A DNA stretch of 51,925 nt from Bacteroidota bacterium (GCA_036128775.1 JAYYPZ010000051.1:1-51925), one strand, 5' to 3'. Shown: positions 18,716-27,038, numbered from the stretch's first letter. Notes: a model not told the origin generated them from the letters alone. A program made the numbers and translations.

Positions 18716-19895
18716 CTCCTCGCAGCAACATTTTGATTTGCAAAACACGCAACGGGCCTTTGCTTACCTTTCTGATAAGCAACTTCGCCGCATGTCAAGA
18801 TTGTTTAAGCTAATGGGTTCGAAGGCATTGACATTGATTGGGGGAAAGCTTGCAAAGTTTTCTCTTCGAATCGGACTTCCCATTCCCTATTACTTCAAAA
18901 ACCTATTATACCGTCAATTCTGTGGAGGAGAAAACCTTGAGGAATGTTCGAATGTCGCACAAGAATGTGCCCAACGTAATATATTGATCAATTTACATTA
19001 CGGCATTGAAGCAACAGATAGCCAAGAATCCTGGGACCACTCATTTAATGAAAACATGAAGGCTATTGCATGGTGTGCTAAGACCAAAAATGCCATAAGC
19101 TTGAGTGTTAAAATGACTGCGCTGATTTCCCTTGAAATCTTACAGAAGAAACAAGACAATCAAGCATTAACCAACGCAGAGGAAGGCGCTTACGACACCT
19201 TCAAACACCGGATTGATCAGTTATCTGTTGAAGCCAAAAAAGCAGGGATAGCGCTGTACTATGACGCCGAGGAGTCTTGGATACAAGAAGAAATAGACCA
19301 CTTGGTCAATGACTTGATGAAGCTTCACAACAGAGAATCAGCCACAGTCTATAATACCTATCAGATTTATCGTAGGGATAAACTCCAAGAGTTTAAGGAC
19401 ACCGTCAATAAGGCCGCGGTTGAAGGGTATATAGTGGGAGCCAAGCTAGTCCGCGGCGCCTATGTTGTCAAAGAAGCTCGCTATGCAGAAAAGCATCAGA
19501 CTCCCAATCCATTGCATGACAATAAAGAGTCAGTCGATCAAGATTTCAATGAGGCCGTCCATTTTGGAATTGAAAACATTGATCAGGTAGCAATGTGTAT
19601 AGGAAGCCATAACATAAAAAGTTGTGAGCGAGCACTCGCCAAGGCAAAAGATGATGCTATTGAATTAAGTCATCCCCACATTGTTTTCTCCCAGCTCTAT
19701 GGCATGAGTGATCCCTTGTCTAACAATCTAGCGCATTATGGTGCGAATGTTTCGAAATACATGCCTTATGGGCGAGCAAAATACCTCCTACCCTATCTGA
19801 TACGTAGAGCAGAGGAAAACCAATCAGTACAGGGGCAAATGTCTCGTGAACACCAACAGATCCACGAAGAAATCCTTAGACGGAGAACAGGTTAA
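18708..19895 (+). CDS. Monofunctional proline dehydrogenase
   Basis: KLVRGAYVVKEARYA, CIGSHN, FSQLYGMSDPLSNNLA..GANVSKYMPYG, YLIRRAEENQSVQGQ are all PRODH hallmarks. The start overlaps the preceding stop by 8 nt. Confidence 0.85.
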   Translation: MNNSSQQHFDLQNTQRAFAYLSDKQLRRMSRLFKLMGSKALTLIGGKLAKFSLRIGLPIPYYFKNLLYRQFCGGENLEECSNVAQECAQRNILINLHYGIEATDSQESWDHSFNENMKAIAWCAKTKNAISLSVKMTALISLEILQKKQDNQALTNAEEGAYDTFKHRIDQLSVEAKKAGIALYYDAEESWIQEEIDHLVNDLMKLHNRESATVYNTYQIYRRDKLQEFKDTVNKAAVEGYIVGAKLVRGAYVVKEARYAEKHQTPNPLHDNKESVDQDFNEAVHFGIENIDQVAMCIGSHNIKSCERALAKAKDDAIELSHPHIVFSQLYGMSDPLSNNLAHYGANVSKYMPYGRAKYLLPYLIRRAEENQSVQGQMSREHQQIHEEILRRRTG

Positions 19896-19945
19896 TTTTT
19901 TTATAATTCTAGATGGATTTTTTATTTTTCGAGTAAAGAACCATT

Positions 19946-20659
19946 ATGAAACATATAGTATTAGGACTGTTCACCTCCGTTATCGTCCTATCCTGCTCTA
20001 AGAGTATTGAAGCACCAAGTGCTATTGTAGAGGCAGATGAGAAGACCTGTGCGTGTTTTGAGTCAACGGCTTCATCATTTAAAGAGATAAGAGATTTCTA
20101 CATTGATAATTATAACTCTTGGGATGACAAGAAAATCAAGAAAGAATTTGCTGAGCGCCTATACAAAGCCATGAAAGAAGAACAAACGTCCAAAGATTGT
20201 ATCAAAGATTGGGCTAGCAGTAAAGAATCTCTTTGGTACGACTATCGATGCGTATTGACCGAAGAGGAGTATTCGACGGAAGAAGAATATGATTACGCCA
20301 GTGAAGAAGCTGCCGCAGAAGTAGCAGGGGAATATGACTACTATGACGAGTACGAAGAGGATTACGATGATTATGACGACTACGAGGAGGCAGAACCTAT
20401 TGTACGATCTGAGGGCCGTTTTTTACTTAGTGATGTAGAGGCGTGTTATGAAGTACATCACCTTATGTCCAACAATCTTGTTGACAATTCAGACCATCGT
20501 CAAGATCTTGAAGATTACATTCTCGAAGAACTTGCTTATGATGAAAATTTTATGCGCTTTCTAGGAAACCATGTTGGTATTTACCTGAGCGAATATGACT
20601 ACGAGCGTTACGAGCGAGAACAAAATCGCAATCGTGATCGAGCGTATGATGAGGAATAA
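19946..20659 (+). CDS. Lipoprotein with extremely acidic Tyr-rich region (paralog A)
   Basis: Lipobox VLSC. The N-domain is shared with the next gene (C.C...K.C I+.WA...ES.WY+). The central region reads EEEYDYASEE...EYDYYDEYEEDYDDYDDYEEAE. Confidence 0.6.
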   Translation: MKHIVLGLFTSVIVLSCSKSIEAPSAIVEADEKTCACFESTASSFKEIRDFYIDNYNSWDDKKIKKEFAERLYKAMKEEQTSKDCIKDWASSKESLWYDYRCVLTEEEYSTEEEYDYASEEAAAEVAGEYDYYDEYEEDYDDYDDYEEAEPIVRSEGRFLLSDVEACYEVHHLMSNNLVDNSDHRQDLEDYILEELAYDENFMRFLGNHVGIYLSEYDYERYEREQNRNRDRAYDEE

Positions 20660-20668
20660 GAGTAAAAT

Positions 20669-21100
20669 ATGATTGCTATGAAAAATCTATATCAGATAAA
20701 AGCTTATTCCCTAATTCTAACCGTTGTCGGACTATTTCTTCTACCATCGTGCACTAAGGATTCAAGTGGAATTGCAGAAGGTGAAAAAAAGGCGGATGAT
20801 GTTGTTTGCTCTTGCGCGGCGGGCTATGCCAAGGCAAAAAGCAAGGCCTATACCTATGCTGTAAACAATATTGAACATCTGCATAAAGACCTAGTTAAGT
20901 CTGAATACGAACGTTTGAAAGTCAAGATTCAAAAGGAGAAAATCGAGGCTAGTCGCTGCATTAGAAATTGGGCCCTTGATCAGGAATCGTATTGGTATGA
21001 AGACCAACTCGTTGGTCCCGATTTTCAGGGAAAGATTAAGCTCGCCAATCCTAAAAGTTGCAAGGAACTTGTCCTTATCGAGAGTTTGGAGCTTCTGTGA
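20669..21100 (+). CDS. Lipoprotein (paralog B of preceding gene)
   Basis: Lipobox LLPSC. CSCAAGY...ASRCIRNWALDQESYWYED aligns with CACFEST...SKDCIKDWASSKESLWYDY of the preceding gene. Confidence 0.6.
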   Translation: MIAMKNLYQIKAYSLILTVVGLFLLPSCTKDSSGIAEGEKKADDVVCSCAAGYAKAKSKAYTYAVNNIEHLHKDLVKSEYERLKVKIQKEKIEASRCIRNWALDQESYWYEDQLVGPDFQGKIKLANPKSCKELVLIESLELL

Positions 21101-21113
21101 CGGTCTTAGAATC

Positions 21114-21938
21114 CTAACCGAGGCTCACATCAAGCGCCATCATCACAATAAAGCCTCCTATGAATCCTAATGTGGCTAAGTCGGCATAACGATCTTGCTG
21201 AGTTTCGGGGACAACTTCTTCGATGACCACATAAATCATGGCTCCTGCCGCAAAAGCTAAGGCAAAGGGTAATATTGGAGTAAAAAAGATAACGGCTAGG
21301 GCTCCAATAACGGCGGCTACAGGTTCTACTACGGCGCTTAATTGACCATAGTAAAAGCTCTTCCACCGACTTGCACCAGCGCGACGCAAAGGGAAGGATA
21401 CGGCGATTCCCTCGGGAAAATTTTGAATACCAATTCCAATAGCTAGGGTTACAGCCCCCCCTATAGTTGCTTCTGGTAAGCCAGCCGCCACTCCACCAAA
21501 GAGTACACCTACCGCAAGTCCCTCCGGTATATTATGCAGCGTTATAGCTAGTATGAGAAGCGTTGTTTTATGAAGTTTTGTCTTTACGCCTTCACTGTGT
21601 TCGATATCAAAATTGAGATGAAGGTGTGGCATAAACTTGTCCAAGGCAAACAAAAAGAGAGCACCTAATCCAAAACCAATTGCAGCGGGAACAAAAGCTA
21701 AACTCCCCCAAGAGACTTCCGCCATTTCAATGGCCGGCGACAAAAGGGACCAAAAACTTGCCGCAACCATAACTCCTCCTGTAAACCCAAGCATGGTATC
21801 TAAATACTTTCTTGGCATAGATTTAAACGGGAAGACTAAACTTGCTCCCAAGGCTGTTAGCAACCAAGTGAACACCGTAGCTAAAAATGCAGCAAGCACA
21901 GGGTTTAGGGACTCAAAATAGCTTATAATGGTTTGCAT
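21114..21938 (-). CDS. ZIP-family divalent metal transporter (ZupT/GufA-like)
   Basis: LHNIPEGLAVG and IQNFPEGIAVS metal-binding helices, and GAMIYVVIEEVVPE. Confidence 0.9.
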   Translation of the reverse strand: MQTIISYFESLNPVLAAFLATVFTWLLTALGASLVFPFKSMPRKYLDTMLGFTGGVMVAASFWSLLSPAIEMAEVSWGSLAFVPAAIGFGLGALFLFALDKFMPHLHLNFDIEHSEGVKTKLHKTTLLILAITLHNIPEGLAVGVLFGGVAAGLPEATIGGAVTLAIGIGIQNFPEGIAVSFPLRRAGASRWKSFYYGQLSAVVEPVAAVIGALAVIFFTPILPFALAFAAGAMIYVVIEEVVPETQQDRYADLATLGFIGGFIVMMALDVSLG

Positions 21939-21940
21939 GT

Positions 21941-22609
21941 CTATATATTTTCTTGGATTAAGATGAGTTCACAAGCCTTGTAAGAAAGCTCTACAGATTG
22001 ATTCCCATTGAGTGTTAGCACCCTGCTATCGTCAAAGGGTAAAACCGATTGAATACATAATGATGTACCCAAGGCTATCCCTTTTTGGGATAGTAAACTC
22101 AAAAGTTTTGAATTGGAATCCAATACCCCTACAACCTTTGCACCCACGCCAATAGATAATTCAGTGAGTGGCTTTGCGCGTTGCTTTGGGATATTGCCAT
22201 CAGCATCGGGAATATAGTCCCCATGAGGATCAATTGACGGATGATCTAGAAAGGCATCTAACCTTTTGGTCAATTCCTGAGAGTGAACATGCTCTAATTG
22301 TTCTGCAATGTCATGAACTTCCTCCCAGCCAAATCCTAACTTCTCATGAAGAAACACTTCCCACAACCTGTGCTTTCGAATCAGACTTACAGCTAGCTGG
22401 CGCCCTTTAGGACTTAATGATCCACCTCGATAGGGAACATAGTCTATAAATTCTTTCTCCGCTAATCGCTTATACATTTCTGATACCGATGCTTGCGATG
22501 TCACAAGATGCGATGCCAAGGCGTTGGTAGACACAGCATATCTATCCTCTTTTCCCTCTGAAAGCGTCCAAATGGCTTTAATATAGTCTTCAATGGATTG
22601 AGACGGCAT
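21941..22609 (-). CDS. DtxR/MntR-family metal-dependent transcriptional regulator with C-terminal FeoA/SH3-like domain
   Basis: N-terminal wHTH (EDYIKAIW...VSTNALASHLVTSQASVSEMYKRL), a dimerisation/metal-site region (RKHRLWEVFL...EEVHDIAEQLEHV) and a C-terminal FeoA-like domain. The stop is 2 nt upstream of the ZIP gene. Confidence 0.9.
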   Translation of the reverse strand: MPSQSIEDYIKAIWTLSEGKEDRYAVSTNALASHLVTSQASVSEMYKRLAEKEFIDYVPYRGGSLSPKGRQLAVSLIRKHRLWEVFLHEKLGFGWEEVHDIAEQLEHVHSQELTKRLDAFLDHPSIDPHGDYIPDADGNIPKQRAKPLTELSIGVGAKVVGVLDSNSKLLSLLSQKGIALGTSLCIQSVLPFDDSRVLTLNGNQSVELSYKACELILIQENI

Positions 22610-22635
22610 GGCACAAAATTAATATATACTTAATT

Positions 22636-22659
22636 AATATTTAGGCTACCCTAAATATT
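22636..22659. promoter_or_regulatory. Candidate DtxR-family operator: perfect 10-bp inverted repeat
   Basis: aatatttagg-ctac-cctaaatatt lies 27 nt upstream of the regulator ATG and 33 nt upstream of smpB. The TTAGG...CCTAA half-sites resemble the DtxR/IdeR box TTAGGTTAGCCTAACCTAA. Confidence 0.55.
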
Positions 22660-22691
22660 TGCTTTTGTACCTTGTGGACGTGAAGAAGCTC

Positions 22692-23147
22692 ATGCAGATA
22701 GAAAATCGCAAAGCACGCTTTGACTATCATATTCGAGATCGATACGTGGCGGGGGTGCAACTAAGAGGAAGTGAAGTGAAATCTATACGTGATGGACAGG
22801 CGTCCATTCAGGAGGGATTCTGTCGCTTTCGAGGGGAAGAATTGTATCTCTATGGTATGCATGTATCAGAATATTTTCAAGCTAGTCACAACAACCATAT
22901 TCCTGGAAGAGAAAGAAAACTTCTTTTACATCGAAAAGAACTCAAACAATTGCAACGCAAAGTCAAGGAACGAGGATATACCATTGTTCCACTTAAACTT
23001 TTTGCAACAGAGCGGAATCTAATCAAGGCTGAAATTGCCCTTGTTCAAGGGAAAAAACAGTTTGACAAACGCCAGACTATCCAACAAAAAGATGCTAAAA
23101 GGGAAAAGGATCGAGCCAAAAAAGAATCGAATAACTATCGCAACTAG
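22692..23147 (+). CDS. smpB: SsrA-binding protein SmpB
   Basis: ATG at 22692. NRKARFDYHI, AGVQLRGSEVKS, LLLHRKEL and a basic C-terminal tail. Confidence 0.95.
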   Translation: MQIENRKARFDYHIRDRYVAGVQLRGSEVKSIRDGQASIQEGFCRFRGEELYLYGMHVSEYFQASHNNHIPGRERKLLLHRKELKQLQRKVKERGYTIVPLKLFATERNLIKAEIALVQGKKQFDKRQTIQQKDAKREKDRAKKESNNYRN

Positions 23148-23785
23148 GTACGCCCCTTTAACATCGGAACGAAAGAAAAGGTATCAAAAACTTCTTCCTT
23201 TACCCCGTCTTCAAGTTTTGTTATTCTGAGCATATCCTGGCTACCTTGGCCATTGTCTACGGGAATAATAAGCATTCCACCAATACGAAGTTGATCAATC
23301 AAGGTCTTTGGAACGTGGGGAGCAGCAGCAGTTACAATGCATTTATCAAACGGAGCATAAATCGGCTTTCCCAAAAATCCATCACCATAATATGTGCGAA
23401 TCGTTGTATACTTCATCGATTGGAGCAAATGACTCGTTTTGTCATACAGCGTACGAAAACGTTCTATGGTATAGACTCGCGCACCGAGTTCAGCCAATAC
23501 CGCTGCCTGATACCCCGAACCTGTCCCAATCTCTAAAACCTTTTCATTAGCTTTTATCTCCAATTTTTCCGTTTGAAAAGCAACTGTATAGGGCTGACTA
23601 ATCGTCTGCCCATCACCAATTGGAAATGCTTTATCCTCGTAAGCATGGTTGTGTAATGCAGAGTCAGGGATAAAGCGATGACGCTCAATTCGACCCATAG
23701 CCTCTAGTACCCTATTGTCCTGAATACCCTTTTCACGGAGTAAGAGAATAAGATCCTTTCTTGGTCGAGCGTAGCGTAAATCCAT
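23144..23785 (-). CDS. pcm: Protein-L-isoaspartate O-methyltransferase
   Basis: The ATG at 23785 is preferred over the TTG at 23815. QTISQPYTVA, VLEIGTGSGYQAAVLAEL (SAM motif I), DKCIVTAAAP. Its stop shares the CTAG at 23144-23147 with the smpB stop. Confidence 0.92.
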   Translation of the reverse strand: MDLRYARPRKDLILLLREKGIQDNRVLEAMGRIERHRFIPDSALHNHAYEDKAFPIGDGQTISQPYTVAFQTEKLEIKANEKVLEIGTGSGYQAAVLAELGARVYTIERFRTLYDKTSHLLQSMKYTTIRTYYGDGFLGKPIYAPFDKCIVTAAAPHVPKTLIDQLRIGGMLIIPVDNGQGSQDMLRITKLEDGVKEEVFDTFSFVPMLKGRT

Positions 23786-23879
23786 TGGGCAATTAATCCG
23801 AAGGTAAGCCTTCAAAAAAATCTATTTCACTTATGTATTACACATAAGAACTGAATTGTGTTTAACTTGTTATTCAGTT

Positions 23880-24341
23880 ATGAACGGATGGATGCTTTTT
23901 TGGGGAATTGTTACCCTTTATATTTCCATGGAGGGAGTGGCATGGCTATCCCATCGCTACTTAATGCACGGGCTACTATGGGTATGGCACAAAGATCATC
24001 ATCAAAAGGACCCCACTTCATTTTTTGAGCTCAACGACTTATTTTTTATTGTCTATGCCGTACCGAGCGCCACATTGATTATCACCGGTCTCTCGTACAA
24101 TTTAGCCTTTGGTCTCGGAGCAGGCTTTGGAATAGCACTTTATGGAATCACCTATTTTCTAGTTCATGACGTCTTCATCCATAAACGCATACGCATTAAA
24201 CTCCCCTTTATGGGATGGTATTTCAAAGCCGTTTACAGGGCCCATCTAGCACACCACGGTACGCTAACTAAAGAGGGTGCAGAATATTTTGGACTTCTGT
24301 ACATTCCGCGGAAGTTCTTTAGACTCAACCAGCATGGATAG
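23880..24341 (+). CDS. crtZ: Beta-carotene 3-hydroxylase CrtZ
   Basis: His boxes HRYLMH, HKDHH, HDVFIHKR, HLAHH. The ATG at 23880 is preferred over the TTG at 23856. Confidence 0.92.
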   Translation: MNGWMLFWGIVTLYISMEGVAWLSHRYLMHGLLWVWHKDHHQKDPTSFFELNDLFFIVYAVPSATLIITGLSYNLAFGLGAGFGIALYGITYFLVHDVFIHKRIRIKLPFMGWYFKAVYRAHLAHHGTLTKEGAEYFGLLYIPRKFFRLNQHG

Positions 24342-25068
24342 CCACTATACTTATGCAGCGATTCTAGCAGGTAGTTTAAGTATTCCATTGATTGCTAGCT
24401 TTTTAAAACCTCTGGTTTTTTCAAAAAACTGGAGGGCATTCGGAGCATCAACCTTACTTGTAGGTGCCTTGTTTATCGCATGGGACATATTGTTTACCCA
24501 ATGGGGTGTATGGGGATTTAACGAAGCAAAGCACTTCAGCGTTAAACTAATGGGCTTACCCTTAGAGGAAATCTTGTTCTTCTTTGTAGTCCCCTTTTGT
24601 TGCCTGTTCATCTACGAAAATGTATATGTCTACATTGTAAAATCAAGAGAGAGGATTTCAACGAGTACCATGTGGTCACTCATCAGTATAGGAGTGGGTT
24701 TGTTTTTAATTGGAATAGCTCATTGGGGCAGACTGTATACCGCCTCTACCTTTCTCCTTGGCGGGGGAACACTAATTGGCATCAGTGCCACAAGGGCCCA
24801 CTGGTTACCAGCCTATATGACTGCCTATCTTTTTAGCAACATCCCATTTATTTTAGTTAATGGTATTCTGACCGGTTCCTTCGGACTCGAAGAGGTTGTA
24901 TGGTATAACGATGCAGAAAATTTAGGAAGTCGTCTTCAAGAAGTTGCAGGCCTATCCTGGACGCAAATAAATATTCCCCTTGACGACTTCGTCTATTCTT
25001 TTACCTTACTCCTGCTAAACACAGCCATCTATATGTACGTCAAGCATCGTCCTTCAAGCGCAGCTTAA
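24334..25068 (+). CDS. crtY: Fused lycopene-cyclase-domain protein (CrtYc/Yd type lycopene beta-cyclase)
   Basis: The ATG at 24334 overlaps the crtZ stop. Two copies of the lycopene cyclase domain carry the PLEE motif (GLPLEEILFFFVVPF and NIPLDDFVYSFTLLL). About 7 TM helices and no FAD-binding motif. Confidence 0.8.
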   Translation: MDSHYTYAAILAGSLSIPLIASFLKPLVFSKNWRAFGASTLLVGALFIAWDILFTQWGVWGFNEAKHFSVKLMGLPLEEILFFFVVPFCCLFIYENVYVYIVKSRERISTSTMWSLISIGVGLFLIGIAHWGRLYTASTFLLGGGTLIGISATRAHWLPAYMTAYLFSNIPFILVNGILTGSFGLEEVVWYNDAENLGSRLQEVAGLSWTQINIPLDDFVYSFTLLLLNTAIYMYVKHRPSSAA

Positions 25069-25963
25069 CATAAAGAAAGTGCATCAACACACTATGCGGA
25101 AAGGCCAATATGGAAATGGCAATTAGGGCATAGAAATACGAATGACTTTGTGCATAGAGAACAATGACCACTAGTCCTATATATGCCACAAGCGTGAAAG
25201 GAGCCAACATCCTAACAAAATGCTTTGTAGACTCCACGCGCTCATTGGACTGCAGAGCCTTGTATTCATTAATTAATGAGGGTAATGCATGAAAAATACT
25301 AAAGTATAATCCGAAACCGACCCACATGGGTAACACAACAAGGGCATAAAGAGATACAAGGCTAGTCATCGCAAAATCTAACACAAGTCTGATCTGCAGG
25401 CCATAGAACGCCAAGGCGCTCAAAATACAGGTAACAAGAAACCCTAAGGATAGTATAAAGATTCGGTGTGCTATCGATACAATGGTTGAAGAAGGAAGTT
25501 CTGTAACAAACCATGAGGGTAAGACTTCTGCAAGTTCTGTGCTGTGAAACATCGGGATGGAAGATATCACCATAAGCCCCCATGACATCGCAATGGATGT
25601 GCCTAAGGCCTTGGGTAAAACATTCCATATCAACAACGCATCGCTTTGACCAAAATGCCAAGCGCTATAGAGTAAAAACAGCCAAAACCCCACAATAGGA
25701 GCAAAGATCCATAGAAGGCCGTACACTAGCATAACAGCAAGATATTGCCCCATAAAGCGCAATTGCTGTGCCGGCTTAATCCAACCAAGTACATCACTTG
25801 CCAATATATGATCTATAGCCCCATGGGATATGCCAAACAGCCCTACCAAAACAGCCAACACTATAACAGTAAACCAAACAGGATAGGACCATCCAATAAT
25901 CAACGGCAACAGAAAACATCCTGTAATACCAAACTGAACCGTACGAAGAGTTAAGAAATTCAT
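25040..25963 (-). CDS. blh: Brp/Blh-family beta-carotene 15,15'-dioxygenase (retinal synthesis)
   Basis: Polytopic protein with spaced conserved His (GISHGAIDH, WHFGQSD, FHALPS, FPHSVLMH), directly downstream of the rhodopsin gene. Confidence 0.85.
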   Translation of the reverse strand: MNFLTLRTVQFGITGCFLLPLIIGWSYPVWFTVIVLAVLVGLFGISHGAIDHILASDVLGWIKPAQQLRFMGQYLAVMLVYGLLWIFAPIVGFWLFLLYSAWHFGQSDALLIWNVLPKALGTSIAMSWGLMVISSIPMFHSTELAEVLPSWFVTELPSSTIVSIAHRIFILSLGFLVTCILSALAFYGLQIRLVLDFAMTSLVSLYALVVLPMWVGFGLYFSIFHALPSLINEYKALQSNERVESTKHFVRMLAPFTLVAYIGLVVIVLYAQSHSYFYALIAISILAFPHSVLMHFLYVKLRLKDDA

Positions 25964-25968
25964 GGCAT

Positions 25969-25996
25969 AAAAAAAGGGTGGTCATTGTGACCACCC
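25969..25996 (-). terminator. Strong rho-independent terminator between rhodopsin and blh
   Basis: On the minus strand: GGGTGGTCA-caa-TGACCACCC (9-bp perfect stem) followed by TTTTTTT. The stem starts 28 nt after the rhodopsin stop, and the T-run ends 5 nt before the blh ATG. Confidence 0.8.
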
Positions 25997-26023
25997 TTAA
26001 GATATTAATAAGTGCGTTACTAA

Positions 26024-26782
26024 TTATGCACCTTTTCCATCTTCAACAGCTAGAGCATAGATAACAAGACCGAAACCGATTTTGTTAATTGCATCTGCGA
26101 TGTTGTATGCAACGTCCATATCAAGACCACCGAAGATACCTTCGTACCATCCTGGTGTTCCTGCCATGTAACCGATTGGGTAAATAGCCCATCCAACAAG
26201 TACAAACCATCCTAAGACTTTGTTTGCTTTTTGAACGGCACCTCCAGCATTACCTGCAAGTTCAGCAACTTCACCGAACCATACTAGGTAAACGATGTAG
26301 AAGTATGCGATACCTGAGATAAGACCCCATAACCAAGCGTCCTCACGGAAGATACCTTCCCCGATGTACCCTGTTACAAGCATTACTACAGAAGCAAAGA
26401 TGAGTTTCCACATCGTGCTGATTTGTCCACCAGCTTTCTTTGTGATCAAGTAAAACTCAACACACATTAATGGAACAGTAAGAATCCAGTCAACATAACG
26501 TAGGAACGTTGGCGAAGGATTTTCTGCACCAGCGGCAGATGCCATGATATAATAATCACGCATGTAATAATAGTGTACCGCGGCAATGAATGTAATCAAA
26601 CCCGATACAAGTAGTGAAGTACGCCACTTGGCGTCAATGTTACGCATCTCCAACCAGAAGAATGCAGTCGAGGCCATCATGGCCATAGAGCCTATAAAAA
26701 ACGTAAAAGCAATAAGTTGTTCTCCGGAGAACTCACCACCGAACGCTTGAATAGCCTCATGTGAAATAGCTAAAATGTTCAT
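26024..26782 (-). CDS. Proteorhodopsin, DTE-motif outward proton pump, Met at spectral tuning position (green-type)
   Basis: RYVDWILTVPLMCVEF gives D/T/E at the PR 97/101/108 equivalents and M at the 105 equivalent. AAVHYYYMR carries the His75 equivalent. YNIADAINKIGFG carries the Schiff-base Lys. Seven hydrophobic helices. Confidence 0.95.
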   Translation of the reverse strand: MNILAISHEAIQAFGGEFSGEQLIAFTFFIGSMAMMASTAFFWLEMRNIDAKWRTSLLVSGLITFIAAVHYYYMRDYYIMASAAGAENPSPTFLRYVDWILTVPLMCVEFYLITKKAGGQISTMWKLIFASVVMLVTGYIGEGIFREDAWLWGLISGIAYFYIVYLVWFGEVAELAGNAGGAVQKANKVLGWFVLVGWAIYPIGYMAGTPGWYEGIFGGLDMDVAYNIADAINKIGFGLVIYALAVEDGKGA

Positions 26783-27038
26783 ATAAATAATTATTTGTTT
26801 CGCCTTTAAAACACACTTGTTTAACTTTTGTTCTCACTTTTGTCAAAAAATTTTAACAAAACGCACATTTTTTTGACTTACTACGCAAAACAATGTTGAT
26901 TTCACCTAGATCAAAAGAGGCTGTTTATGAGTTTTACCGCTTGGAATACTAATCAACTTTACCAGTCTACACAGCATTTTTATGGAATAGCAGCATTAAA
27001 TGTAGCTGAACTAGTAGCTTTAGTCTTGAAGAAGTTTT

